64,000 bases of DNA from Thermoanaerobaculia bacterium (GTDB taxonomy: Bacteria; Acidobacteriota; Thermoanaerobaculia; Multivoradales; SZUA-115), in assembly GCA_046331405.1 (NCBI GenBank), contig JAXLQX010000010.1, forward strand, positions 50,551 to 114,550, given 5' to 3'. Below the pieces are notes generated by a model. That model was not told where the DNA came from. It saw only the letters and a program-made list of their open reading frames with translations, and did no database searches. This document shows, piece by piece, positions 34,534 to 43,973 of the stretch. Every line of letters begins with the position of its first letter. Positions within the stretch are counted from its first letter, which is position 1. Position numbers and translations under genes: made by a program.

Positions 34534-35696
34534 CGGGTACCGCCGATCTCCCCTCGGGTCCAGAGCTCGCCCAACCGGTACTGCTCGAGCCACGGCTTCA
34601 GCTTCTCGGGATCCAACCTCCGCAGCCGCGTGGCGCCGTCGTACTTCTCGCAGATCAGCACTGCTTCCGGTGTGGCGGAGAGGGCGTCGACCAGGATGTC
34701 CGAGTGGGTGGTGACCACCAGCTGCATCTTCTCGGAAGCCTCGACCAGGATCTGGGCCAGATGGGGGAGGACGTCCGGGTGGAAGCCGAGCTCTGGCTCT
34801 TCGAGACAGACCAGCGGCGGTGGCTGGGGATGGCAGAGCACCGCGAGCAGGGCCAGATACCGCAACGTGCCGTCCGAAAGGCGAGTGGCCGGGATCGCCC
34901 ACTTGCCTTCTTGGACGAAGATCTGAACGGTTCCCGCCTGCACATTCACGTGGAAGTCGTCCAGCCCCTCCGCGAGCTCCCCCAGGTGCGCCACCAGGCG
35001 TCGCTTGGTCTCAGGCTCCTTCTGCAGGCTGTTGAGTACCAGGCCCAGATTCCGCCCGTCTTCGGCCAGGAAGTCGTTGGCGAGGTCGGCGGGCTGGGGC
35101 AGGCGCGGCGGTGTGTAGCGGCCGAACGACCAGTCCCGATAGATCCGGATGCGGGCCAAGCTCTCGCCCAAGTAAGTGATCTCGGGATACTGGTCCGGAT
35201 CCTTGCGCTGGGAGAGGATCGAGCGTTGAGGGTCGATCTCCTCGCGAATCAGCTCTCGGCGATCGCCCTTGACGTTGAGCATTGGACGGCCGCGCTCGTA
35301 CCCGAAGTAGAAGTAAGGGCGTTCATAGCCGGGATCCGTGACAGCGTTCTCGATCCGCTCGTCGACTACCTCGAAGCGGGCCCCGGCCTCGGCGAAGGCC
35401 AGCCTGTAGCGCAGCGAGCTGCGCTGGGGGTAGCCGAAGACCCCCTCCAGCCGAGCCGTGGCCGGCCGTTGGGCTCCCTTCCAGAGCCAGTCCTGCACTC
35501 CTCCCCCCTCCCGCACCGGCGCTGCCAGGTCGCCGGGAGCGGATCGAAGCAAGCTGATGGCTTCGATCAGGTTCGACTTGCCGGAACCGTTGGGGCCGAT
35601 CAGCACGTTCAAGGGCCCGAGCTTGAGCGGCTCGGAACTGCCGCCGAACGAGAGCAGGTTGGTCAGCGTCAGCTCTTCGAGGAGTCTTGGCGGCAT
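34527..35696 (-). CDS. ABC-type (AAA_21-like) ATPase, OLD/AriA/AbiLi-like
   Basis: It has Walker A (GPNGSGKSN), a signature-like LSDGTLRYLAL, Walker B (LVCLEEPELGFHP) and an H-loop (VVTTHS). The size (389 aa) and the pairing with a small downstream gene are typical of two-gene defence ATPases. Confidence 0.8.
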   Translation of the reverse strand: MPPRLLEELTLTNLLSFGGSSEPLKLGPLNVLIGPNGSGKSNLIEAISLLRSAPGDLAAPVREGGGVQDWLWKGAQRPATARLEGVFGYPQRSSLRYRLAFAEAGARFEVVDERIENAVTDPGYERPYFYFGYERGRPMLNVKGDRRELIREEIDPQRSILSQRKDPDQYPEITYLGESLARIRIYRDWSFGRYTPPRLPQPADLANDFLAEDGRNLGLVLNSLQKEPETKRRLVAHLGELAEGLDDFHVNVQAGTVQIFVQEGKWAIPATRLSDGTLRYLALLAVLCHPQPPPLVCLEEPELGFHPDVLPHLAQILVEASEKMQLVVTTHSDILVDALSATPEAVLICEKYDGATRLRRLDPEKLKPWLEQYRLGELWTRGEIGGTRW

Positions 35697-35772
35697 TTCT
35701 GTACGGGCCTCCAGTAGGCCTCGAGGACGGGAGTGGCCGCCGGGGCGGTCAGTCTCTTGGGCACCACGGGCT

Positions 35773-37392
35773 TCACTGCCAGGCCGTGGTGCTGCCGGAC
35801 TCGAAGCCGTCGGCGAAGATCTCGTGCCAGTCCACGGCGTGGGCGCGATCCACCAGCAGGTTGCTGCGCTTGGTCAGCTTGCCGTCGGGCCACTCCACCA
35901 CCACTTGATCCACCCGGGTGGCGGTGCCGAGGCCGAAGAAGGACTCGGCCGGCTCCTGGCCCATGAAGCTGATGCCCGCCGTCACCAGCCGGCTCTGCAC
36001 GGTGGCCCCCACCCGGGCCCGTACCACCGCGCCGATGGCCTGGTGGTTGGGGGCGGGCATGCGTGGCACGATGCGTACCCAGTGGCGACCGGTGACGCCG
36101 CTGCCGAGCAGCAGCCGCAGGGGCCCGGGCGCTGGATGCACCTTGGTGGTCTGCACCAGGTCCGGCAGGCCGTCGTGGTTCAGGTCGAAGCACACCAGGG
36201 AGCTGCCCCAGAGGGTGTCGTTGAAGCCGATCGCGTCCGAGATGTCGGTGAAGCTCCAAGCCGGCGCGCCGCCATTCTGGAAGAAGCGCGAGGCGTCGTG
36301 CTCGAAGCCGGTCTCCGAGAAGCCGTTGGTCACCGCCAGGTCGAGGTCGCCGTCGAGGTCGGCGTCGAGGAACGTGGTGCCCCAGCCCCAGCCGGTGTTG
36401 TCCACACCCAGGCTGGCCGCCACCTCGGTGAAGGCCAGGCTGGAGCCCACCGAGTCGTTGCGGAAGAACACGTTGTGCTCGCCGGGGCTGCGCTGCCAGA
36501 CGTTGGTGACGTAGAAGTCGAAGTCGCCGTCGTTGTCGTAGTCACCCACGGCCACGCCCATCTCGTTCCAGGAGGAAGCCACGCCGGCCGCCGGCGCGCC
36601 GTCGACGAAGGTGCCGTCGCCCTGGTTGAGCCACAGCTTGTTGGGCCCGAAGTCCACCGAGACGAAGATGTCCAGCCGGCCGTCGTGGTTGAGGTCGAGC
36701 ATCACCGGCTGCCAGTCCTTGCGCTTCGCCACGCCGATGCCCGAGGAGAGGCTGGCGTCCAGGAAGGTGCCGTCGCCCTGGTTGAGGTAGAGGCTCGAGT
36801 GGCCGTCCCAGAGGGAGACGTAGAGGTCGAGGTCGCCGTCGCCGTCGAGGTCTCCGGCAGCCATGCCGCCTCGGTGGTCGGTCACCAGGAAATTGCCCGA
36901 GTCCTGGGCGAGGCCAGCGGGGCCGGTGATCTCGGTGAAAGTGTCCCCGGCGTCGTGCCGATAGAGGTGCAGCATCGGGATGCCGGCCTCGCAGGCGCTC
37001 GAGCCCGGCTCGGGGTTCCAGTGGCTGCCGAAGCAATCCGAAGCCACCACCAGGTCGAGGTCGCCGTCGCCGTCGGCGTCGAACCACAGGGCCGAGCGGC
37101 TGCGCAGCGTGGAGGCGAGGCCCGCCTGGGCGGCGATCTCCTCGAAGAAGCCGTTGCCCAGGTTGCGGTAGAGCTGATCGGGCACCCCTTCTTCGTTGGG
37201 GATGAAGAAGTCCACGTCGCCATCGTCGTCGAAGTCGGCCGCGGCGATGCCGCCACCCATCAGATTGGCCATGGTGTAAGGGCCGATGCCGCGCGCCGCC
37301 CCGGACTCCACGAACAGGGGCTGGGCGGCGAGAGGCAGGCCCGGAAGGAGCAGCACGAGTACCGTCGACGCCAGGAAGGAGATCGTTTTCAT
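35773..37392 (-). CDS. CRTAC1-family secreted protein (FG-GAP/VCBS repeats plus ASPIC/UnbV domain)
   Basis: It has a signal peptide (MKTISFLASTVLVLLLPGLPLAAQ) and repeated D-x-D/N-x-DGDLDL motifs. The C-terminus reads GISFMGQEPAESFFGLG.... Confidence 0.85.
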   Translation of the reverse strand: MKTISFLASTVLVLLLPGLPLAAQPLFVESGAARGIGPYTMANLMGGGIAAADFDDDGDVDFFIPNEEGVPDQLYRNLGNGFFEEIAAQAGLASTLRSRSALWFDADGDGDLDLVVASDCFGSHWNPEPGSSACEAGIPMLHLYRHDAGDTFTEITGPAGLAQDSGNFLVTDHRGGMAAGDLDGDGDLDLYVSLWDGHSSLYLNQGDGTFLDASLSSGIGVAKRKDWQPVMLDLNHDGRLDIFVSVDFGPNKLWLNQGDGTFVDGAPAAGVASSWNEMGVAVGDYDNDGDFDFYVTNVWQRSPGEHNVFFRNDSVGSSLAFTEVAASLGVDNTGWGWGTTFLDADLDGDLDLAVTNGFSETGFEHDASRFFQNGGAPAWSFTDISDAIGFNDTLWGSSLVCFDLNHDGLPDLVQTTKVHPAPGPLRLLLGSGVTGRHWVRIVPRMPAPNHQAIGAVVRARVGATVQSRLVTAGISFMGQEPAESFFGLGTATRVDQVVVEWPDGKLTKRSNLLVDRAHAVDWHEIFADGFESGSTTAWQ

Positions 37393-37444
37393 GGCAGGGC
37401 CCTCGGCCCCATTCTAATCAAGAGCCCGCTTCCACCACGGGCTG

Positions 37445-37945
37445 CTAGAGCTCTTTGCGGTAGCGCCGGGTGTCCGGCTGCCAGCCCAGCCGCTCGTAGA
37501 GGGCTCGCGCACGAACGTTGGCATGGAACACCGTGAGCGTGATGAACGGCAAGCCGCGCTCGCGCGCCCAATCATCGGTGGCCTCGAGCAGGGCTCGGGC
37601 CACTCCGCGCCCCTCGGCCTCGCGGCGCACCGCCAGGATCGACAGATGGGCGTGCTTCTCGCCGGTGAAGAAGTCCCGCTGGGTGAGCAACATCGCATAG
37701 CCCAGGCGCTCCCCGCCCGGCACCTGCTCGGCCACGATCAAGCCGAGGTCGGGGTCCGGCTCGGCGAGGGCGAGGCGGATCGGCGCATGCTCGATGGCGG
37801 CGATCTCCTCGCGGCTGCGCCAGGGCGGGATCTCGAAGTCGGCCAGGCGGTAAGTGAGCTCGATCAGGAAGTCGTAGTCGTCGGGGCGGGCCGGCCGCAG
37901 GCGGAGGGAGTCGGACATGGGCTGTTTCCAGCTCGAATCTAACAC
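37445..37945 (-). CDS. GNAT-family N-acetyltransferase
   Basis: This is a 166-aa protein. The acetyl-CoA binding segment is LSILAVRREAEGRGVARALLE. Confidence 0.85.
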   Translation of the reverse strand: MLDSSWKQPMSDSLRLRPARPDDYDFLIELTYRLADFEIPPWRSREEIAAIEHAPIRLALAEPDPDLGLIVAEQVPGGERLGYAMLLTQRDFFTGEKHAHLSILAVRREAEGRGVARALLEATDDWARERGLPFITLTVFHANVRARALYERLGWQPDTRRYRKEL

Positions 37946-37967
37946 CGCGTGGCAGAAAGGGGGCGGC

Positions 37968-40900
37968 TCAGGGAGTGCTCTCGGCGAGCCGCCGGGCCGC
38001 CTCCGCGGCCTCGGCGAACTCGAGGCTCAGCCAGGCATTGTCGCTCAGGGCTCGGGAGAGATCGAGGCTCGCCTGTCGAGCGAGCGCGCGGGCTCGGGTC
38101 TGGGGCCAGAGGCTGCGCGCGAGGATCCACTCGAGGCTGCCGGCCAGGGCCCGCGCCTCGGCTCCGGCGGGGTCGCTCGCCAGGGCCTCGCCGGCGGCGG
38201 CGAGGCCCTGCTCCACGCTCGATTGCGGAGAATAGCCGGCGGCGAGCGCCCACTCCGCCTGCCAGCGCTGGATCCGGGCTTCGGCCAGAGCGGCCTCGGT
38301 CTGCTCCCCCAACCTTGAAAGCCGGTGCTGGAAAGCGGCTGCGCGGGCGAGATCCGCGAGCGGAGCCCGGCCCTGGGCGATCGCCAGACCGGCGCTCTCG
38401 AGCTCGACGTCGATCGCCGCCGGGAGGCCACGGATCGGGTCGCCGCCCGCGGCCAGGAAGCGCTCCGCGAGGCCTCGTCCCTCGATCACCCAGGGCTCGG
38501 CCGGCTGGCCCTGGCGGCGCGCCAGCCGGGCTTCCAAGAGGTCGAGCTCGAGGCGGGCGAGAAGAGGCGATGGGTCCTGGGGCTCTGCGAGCAGGGCTTG
38601 GGAGGTCACCCGGAAAGCCTGCTCGAGGGGTTCGGTCGGATCGCTGCCTGCGAGCTCGCGCTGCAGTGCACGGCGGGTGTAGACCTGGCCCAGGCAGGAG
38701 GCCACCAGGGGATCCTGGGGGCGCAGTCGGGCCGCCTCGCCGAGGGCCTTCTCGGCGGCTGCGAGCGCAGGGCTGAAGCCGCGCCCGAGATGGCGATGAG
38801 CTTCGGCCTGGCGCAGGTAGGCGAGAGCCAGGTTGAGCCAAGGCCCGAAGCAGTCCGGAGCGAGCGCCACAGCGCGCCGGAAGAGCGTCACCGCCTGGGT
38901 GACGAGGGCGAGATCGTCAGGGCCGTTCGAGCTGGAGGCCTCGAGCTGGCGCAAGTAGGTTCCGCCCAGTGCGTTCGCGGCGAGCACCTCCTCCGGGTCG
39001 AGCTCGAGAGCCTGGACCAGGCTGGCCCGGGCCTCCTGGAGCAGCCGTGCCGAGTCGCCGCGCTCGAGCTCGGCGGCGCGCAGCTCGGCGGTGCCGAGCA
39101 CCAGCCAGGCCGTGGAGGCCTCGGGCTCGAGCCGGGTGGCCTGGCGGGCGGCCCGCATCGCGAGCTCGAGGGAAGGGGCAGGATCCGCGGCCTCGCTGTC
39201 GCTCCGGGTGGACTGCCAGAGGGCGATCTGGGCCAGGCTCTCGAGGGGCTCGGCCGCTTCGGAGTCGAGTTCCTCGGCGAGGTTGCAGGCGGAGAGGGCG
39301 GTCCCGGCCGGCGAGGCGCTGGCCCAAGGTCCGCTTCCCTGGCTCGAGAACAGGCTCGCCAGCTCGAGCCGGCAGGCCTCGAGGGCGAGGAAAGCGGCGC
39401 TCGGAGCCCGGGCCAAGCCCCGGGCGAGAGCCTCCCGCGCCTGACGCAGGCTGGAGGAAGCCTCCTCGCCACGACCCTCGAGAGCCTCTTCGCGGGCCTC
39501 GGCCCAGCCGGCCGCAGCCTCTACACGCAAGGATTCCAGAGCGTCGACGCCGGCCTCCTGAGCCTTCCGGGCCGCGGCTTTCGCTTCGGCCCAGCGGCCT
39601 TGGGCCAGGAAGCCCAGGCTTTCGAGGTAGGCCGCCGAATAGCGGGAGCCCTGCCGCCCCCGGGCGAGGGCCGCGAGCGCCGGCTCTCGGACCGTGCGCG
39701 CCAGCAACGCGCTCCGGCGAGCCCGAAGCCCGGGCTCGGCCAACCGCTCCAGGCGATGGCGGGCCCGCTCGTGGAGGTCGGCCGAGAGAACTCCCGAGAG
39801 CGCGGCGATCTCCGGACCCTCCGGGTCGTCGCGCCGCGCCAGCTCGAGCGCCGCCAGGGCGAGGCTTGGCTGGCCGAGAGCCAGCCGCGCTCGCGCAACC
39901 AGCAGCCGGGCTGTGGGATGAGCCGCGAGCCCGTCGTGGCCGAGATCGGCTTCGAGCGCGGCGAGGTCGCTCTCCAGGGAGCGACGGTCGCCGGCGAGAT
40001 CGTGCGCCGGTCGGCTCCAGGCGGCGGCCATCTTCCGCTCGATCTCCCCGACCCGGCCGGCGTAGGCGGCGAGCACCCCGGCGCGTAGCGCGCGCTCGGA
40101 AGCAGCGTCCTCGAAGCGGGCGACGGCGCCGGCCACCACCAGGGCGAGGGCGGCGAAGCCCAGCCAGGGGCCCTTCCGCCCGCGGCTCGACGGCAGCCGC
40201 AGGGGCCAGGGGCCGCGCGTCCGTGTCGGCCGTTCTCCGCGCAGCCAGGCGCCGAGGTCGGCCTCGAGCTCCGAAGCGTCTCGATAGCGCTCGCCGGGCT
40301 CCTTGGCCAGGCAGCGGAGCACCACGGCCTCGAGGTCCGGGGAGGCTTGAGGCGCCAGCGAGCGCAGGCCGACGGGCGGCTCGAAGAGCAGCTGGCGCCG
40401 GGCTTCGGCGCGGCTTCGTGCCTGGAAAGGCGGGGCCCCCGCGAGCAGCTCGTAGAGGATCGCCCCGAGGGCCCAGACGTCCGTGGCCGCGGAGATCCGC
40501 GCCTGCTCGCCCCGCACCTGTTCCGGCGCCTGGTAACCCGGCGTGCCGGAGAAGGCGCCGGTGGCGTCGAGCGACGGCTCGGCGACCTGCTCGGCGAGGC
40601 CGAAGTCCACAACCTTGGGCCGCCAGCGCCCCTCGGCGGTGCGTTCCACCAGGATGTTCTCGGGTTTGAGGTCGCGATGGACGAGGCCCAGCCGATGAGC
40701 GCTCGCGAGCCCTTCGGCCACCTGGCGAACCACCTCCACCTTCTCGCCGAGGTCCATCTTCCAGGCCACTCGGCCGAGCTCCTCGCCGAGCGCCAGCTCG
40801 AGGACCACACAGGGGCGGCCGTCGAGCTCGCAGATCTCGTGAACTAGGCAGAGGCAGGGATGATCGAGCAACGCCTGCAGGCGGGCCTCGCGCAGCATGC

Positions 40901-41030
40901 TCTCGGCCGCGACCGGATCGTCGCGCCGCGGCAGCTTCAGCGCCACCTCGCGATCGAGGGCGCTGTCGTACGCCCGGTAGACCTCACCGCTCGCGCCCCG
41001 GCGCAGCAGGCTGGCGGTGAGGTAGCGCAA
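37968..41030 (-). CDS. Ser/Thr protein kinase with a TM segment and a long C-terminal TPR-like region
   Basis: Kinase motifs are VALKLP, HRDLKPENILV, DFGLA and GTPGYQAPE. After the TM segment comes about 700 aa of helical repeats. It has a TTG start 17 nt after the OPT stop. Confidence 0.9.
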   Translation of the reverse strand: MRYLTASLLRRGASGEVYRAYDSALDREVALKLPRRDDPVAAESMLREARLQALLDHPCLCLVHEICELDGRPCVVLELALGEELGRVAWKMDLGEKVEVVRQVAEGLASAHRLGLVHRDLKPENILVERTAEGRWRPKVVDFGLAEQVAEPSLDATGAFSGTPGYQAPEQVRGEQARISAATDVWALGAILYELLAGAPPFQARSRAEARRQLLFEPPVGLRSLAPQASPDLEAVVLRCLAKEPGERYRDASELEADLGAWLRGERPTRTRGPWPLRLPSSRGRKGPWLGFAALALVVAGAVARFEDAASERALRAGVLAAYAGRVGEIERKMAAAWSRPAHDLAGDRRSLESDLAALEADLGHDGLAAHPTARLLVARARLALGQPSLALAALELARRDDPEGPEIAALSGVLSADLHERARHRLERLAEPGLRARRSALLARTVREPALAALARGRQGSRYSAAYLESLGFLAQGRWAEAKAAARKAQEAGVDALESLRVEAAAGWAEAREEALEGRGEEASSSLRQAREALARGLARAPSAAFLALEACRLELASLFSSQGSGPWASASPAGTALSACNLAEELDSEAAEPLESLAQIALWQSTRSDSEAADPAPSLELAMRAARQATRLEPEASTAWLVLGTAELRAAELERGDSARLLQEARASLVQALELDPEEVLAANALGGTYLRQLEASSSNGPDDLALVTQAVTLFRRAVALAPDCFGPWLNLALAYLRQAEAHRHLGRGFSPALAAAEKALGEAARLRPQDPLVASCLGQVYTRRALQRELAGSDPTEPLEQAFRVTSQALLAEPQDPSPLLARLELDLLEARLARRQGQPAEPWVIEGRGLAERFLAAGGDPIRGLPAAIDVELESAGLAIAQGRAPLADLARAAAFQHRLSRLGEQTEAALAEARIQRWQAEWALAAGYSPQSSVEQGLAAAGEALASDPAGAEARALAGSLEWILARSLWPQTRARALARQASLDLSRALSDNAWLSLEFAEAAEAARRLAESTP

Positions 41031-41046
41031 AGGAGTTCCCCGGTGA

Positions 41047-43110
41047 TCAGGCCCGAGCGGCGCGGCCGAGCGGGATCTTCACCAGCACCCACACCACGGC
41101 CGCGAGAGCCACGAGCGACATCCAGCCGCCCGCCGGGCCACCCACCCAGCTGAACTGGTCGACGCCGAAGATCAGGTGAGTCACCGAGCTGAAGCGGTCA
41201 GAAAGCAGCACCGGCACCGCGAGCATCACACCGGTGATCGATTCTCCGGCGATCAATCCCGAGGCGAGCAACATGCCGCTGCTCTCCAACTGTTCGAGTC
41301 CCGCCGAGCCCAGCTTGCGCCGCTTCGCCAGGGCATCTACCAGAGCCTTGATGCAACCGCCGACGAAGATCGCGCCGGTGGTTTCGAACGGCAGGTACAT
41401 CCCCACTGCGATCAGCATCGGCGAAGGAGCTTTGAACAGGATCAGCGCGATCGAAAAGAACATGCCGAAGAGGATCAAGCCCCAGGGCATTTCGCCGCCG
41501 ACGATTCCCTGCGCCAGCTGCGCCATCAAACCGGCCTGCGGCGCCGGCAAGGCCGTTCCGCCGATTCCCGTGCCACCCTGCTTGAGATCCGCGGCGTGGA
41601 GCAAGATCATCGGCCAGACCAGCGTCGCAGCCACCACCACCGTGGAGACGATCTCCGCGAGCTCCATCTTCCACGGTGTGCCACCGAGGAAATGGCCGAC
41701 TTTCAAGTCTTGGATCAAGCTACCGGATACCGCGGTGGCGCAGCACACCACCGCAGCCACGCCGAGCACGGCTCCCACGCCCGGCAGGCCGGTGACGCCG
41801 AAGCCCACCAGCAACAGCGCAGCGATGATCAACGTCGAAAGCGTCAAGCCGGAAATCGGTTGGTTCGAGCCGCCCACCAGACCCACGAGATAACCGCCGA
41901 CCCCGGAGAGAACGAAACCGAGCACCATCATCACCACTGCCGCGACAGCTGCTCCCACCAGGCTCTGGCTGAAGTAGTAGTAGAGCAGGAACATCGGCAC
42001 CGCGAGCGCGGCCGTGCTGACGAGCACCACCTGCGGGCTCAGATCTCGCTCCAGGCGCGATGCGGCCGTCACTCGGCTGCCCTTGTGGAAGGCACCCTTG
42101 AGCGCGCTGCCGATCGAGTCGCGCATGCTCCACATCGTCTTGGCGGCACCCACCAGCATGGCGCCCACGGCGAAGGGGCGGATCTGGTTGTACCAGACGG
42201 AATAAACCACTTCCGACATCGGCGCGGGCTGCCCGCCATGGCCCAAGAGATTCGGCAGCTCAGGGCTCAGGAACACGGCGAAGGGGATCAGAACCAGCCA
42301 GGCGAGCACGCCGCCCGCGAAATTGATCGCCGAGAGCTCGTAGCCGATGATGTAGCCCACGCCGATCAGGGCGGGGGAAATCGACGGTGTGGACAGCGAA
42401 AAAAGGCCTTTGTGGGTGACGTCGCCCAGCGCCTGGCGCTTGGTGTCGAAGTGGTGGATCACCGAAGAGGGTAGATCCTTGGCGAAGGAAAGGCTCTCCT
42501 GGAAGAGCTGAATGCCGCGGCTATCCTTCAAGAACTGCAACAATGCCCCGAGCCCCAGCGCTCCGAAAACGTAACGAGCTCCGCTATCGCCCTTTTCGCC
42601 GGCCTTGACGATCTCGGTGCAGGCGCGACTCTCCGGCCAAGGCAGATCCGCGTCCACGGTGAGCGTGCGACGCAGCAAGGTGATGAACAACACGCCGAGA
42701 ACGCCACCGAGCATCAGGATGAGGGTGGTTTCCCAGTAGCGAAAACTCTCCCACAGATGCTGCCCGCCCACTTGCGCAAGGAGGAAGGCGGGGATGGTGA
42801 AAATCGCTCCGGCAGCGAGGGCTTCGCCCACCGAAGCGGTGGTTCGGGCGATGTTCTGCTCGAGCAGGTTGCCCGGCAGGAAGCGCGAGCGAAACACCGC
42901 CATGGCGATCACCGCGGCTGGAAACATTCCAGAAACCGTTTGTCCGGCTTTGAGCGCCAGATAGACGTTGGCGGCGCCCAGAATCACGGCCAGGATCAGA
43001 CCCACCAGCAGGGCCTTCACGGTGAGTTCCGGCAGCTGGCTGTCCGCGGGCACCACGGGTTTGGCGTCGTCCTTGCTCTTGAGGCTGGGGCTCTGCGACG
43101 GCTCGCTCAT
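41047..43110 (-). CDS. OPT-family oligopeptide transporter
   Basis: This polytopic protein of about 690 aa has the N-terminal LTVKALLVGLILAVILGAANVYLALKAGQTVSGMFPAAVIAM, typical of OPT transporters. It starts at an internal ATG (MSEPSQ). Confidence 0.85.
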   Translation of the reverse strand: MSEPSQSPSLKSKDDAKPVVPADSQLPELTVKALLVGLILAVILGAANVYLALKAGQTVSGMFPAAVIAMAVFRSRFLPGNLLEQNIARTTASVGEALAAGAIFTIPAFLLAQVGGQHLWESFRYWETTLILMLGGVLGVLFITLLRRTLTVDADLPWPESRACTEIVKAGEKGDSGARYVFGALGLGALLQFLKDSRGIQLFQESLSFAKDLPSSVIHHFDTKRQALGDVTHKGLFSLSTPSISPALIGVGYIIGYELSAINFAGGVLAWLVLIPFAVFLSPELPNLLGHGGQPAPMSEVVYSVWYNQIRPFAVGAMLVGAAKTMWSMRDSIGSALKGAFHKGSRVTAASRLERDLSPQVVLVSTAALAVPMFLLYYYFSQSLVGAAVAAVVMMVLGFVLSGVGGYLVGLVGGSNQPISGLTLSTLIIAALLLVGFGVTGLPGVGAVLGVAAVVCCATAVSGSLIQDLKVGHFLGGTPWKMELAEIVSTVVVAATLVWPMILLHAADLKQGGTGIGGTALPAPQAGLMAQLAQGIVGGEMPWGLILFGMFFSIALILFKAPSPMLIAVGMYLPFETTGAIFVGGCIKALVDALAKRRKLGSAGLEQLESSGMLLASGLIAGESITGVMLAVPVLLSDRFSSVTHLIFGVDQFSWVGGPAGGWMSLVALAAVVWVLVKIPLGRAARA

Positions 43111-43516
43111 GCCGGCCTGACTCCTTCTGGTTGGTCGAGAGACTCGAGATCTGGGTCGAAAACTACCACGAGTGCGCGGCGCCCGACCGGGCCGATTCAC
43201 CCCGCCGCTCCGCGGAGAGCGGCTCGCCGGCGCGCAGAAACACCGCTTCTGCGGAATCTGCGAACCATGCGCTGACGAGATTCACAGGATCTCCAAAATC
43301 GCCCGCGGAGAAGATCTCTCCAGCCCTGTTTGTCCTCTGCTCAACGATCCGGGGCCGATCGAGAGCGCCTCGAGAGTCTTTGCAATAGGTCCGCTTGAGA
43401 ATTAAGTCGTCCCGTTTCGGGCAAATGGTCATACTTCATCGGTAGCGCCGTACGCGGGCAACGAGGCCGTGGTGGCCGCCTGACGTCTCGCGGCGGCGGA
43501 TGAGGAGGCATTCGCC

Positions 43517-43816
43517 ATGACTCGAACGATGAAATTGTCGGTCGTCGGCCTGATGTTGGCTCTTGCCATCGTGATGACATTCCCCGCCTCGGCGGCTCCG
43601 CGCAACGACGCTGCCGGCTGGTGGAGCAGTTTCAGCTCCTGGTTGGTGAGTGTGGTGGAGAAGATCGGTATGCAGATCGATCCCTTCGGTTACAGCGGAG
43701 ATCGCAACACCGCGTCGGCGCCGAACGACACCACGAGCCTGCAGCTCGTCCATGCCGGGCAGAGCATCGAGCCGGCTGCCGAGGCGGACAGTCTCGGCAG
43801 GGGGCTGCGGCAATGA
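43517..43816 (+). CDS. small secreted hypothetical protein
   Basis: GAGGAGG lies 8 nt before the ATG. The signal peptide is MKLSVVGLMLALAIVMTFPASAAP. The gene sits in a lower-GC stretch. Confidence 0.5.
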   Translation: MTRTMKLSVVGLMLALAIVMTFPASAAPRNDAAGWWSSFSSWLVSVVEKIGMQIDPFGYSGDRNTASAPNDTTSLQLVHAGQSIEPAAEADSLGRGLRQ

Positions 43817-43973
43817 GACGATGCTGATCGCCCCATAGAACTCAAGCATCTGCTCCTGGAGCCTCTGCCTAGGTTCCAGGAGAAGGCCACTCACGAGTGC
43901 GAAGCCTGGCCGGCACCTCGAGAGCGCAGGCAGCTGGCCTAAGAGGACAGACTTGCCGTAGAATGCTCCGTTA

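Noticed and set aside
38325-40810. Long alternative-frame ORFs (38325-40088 plus, 38969-40669 plus, 39521-40810 minus) inside the kinase gene.
   Set aside because: They are Arg/Pro/Gly/Ala-rich off-frame products. The 37968-41030 minus frame carries the full kinase motif set.
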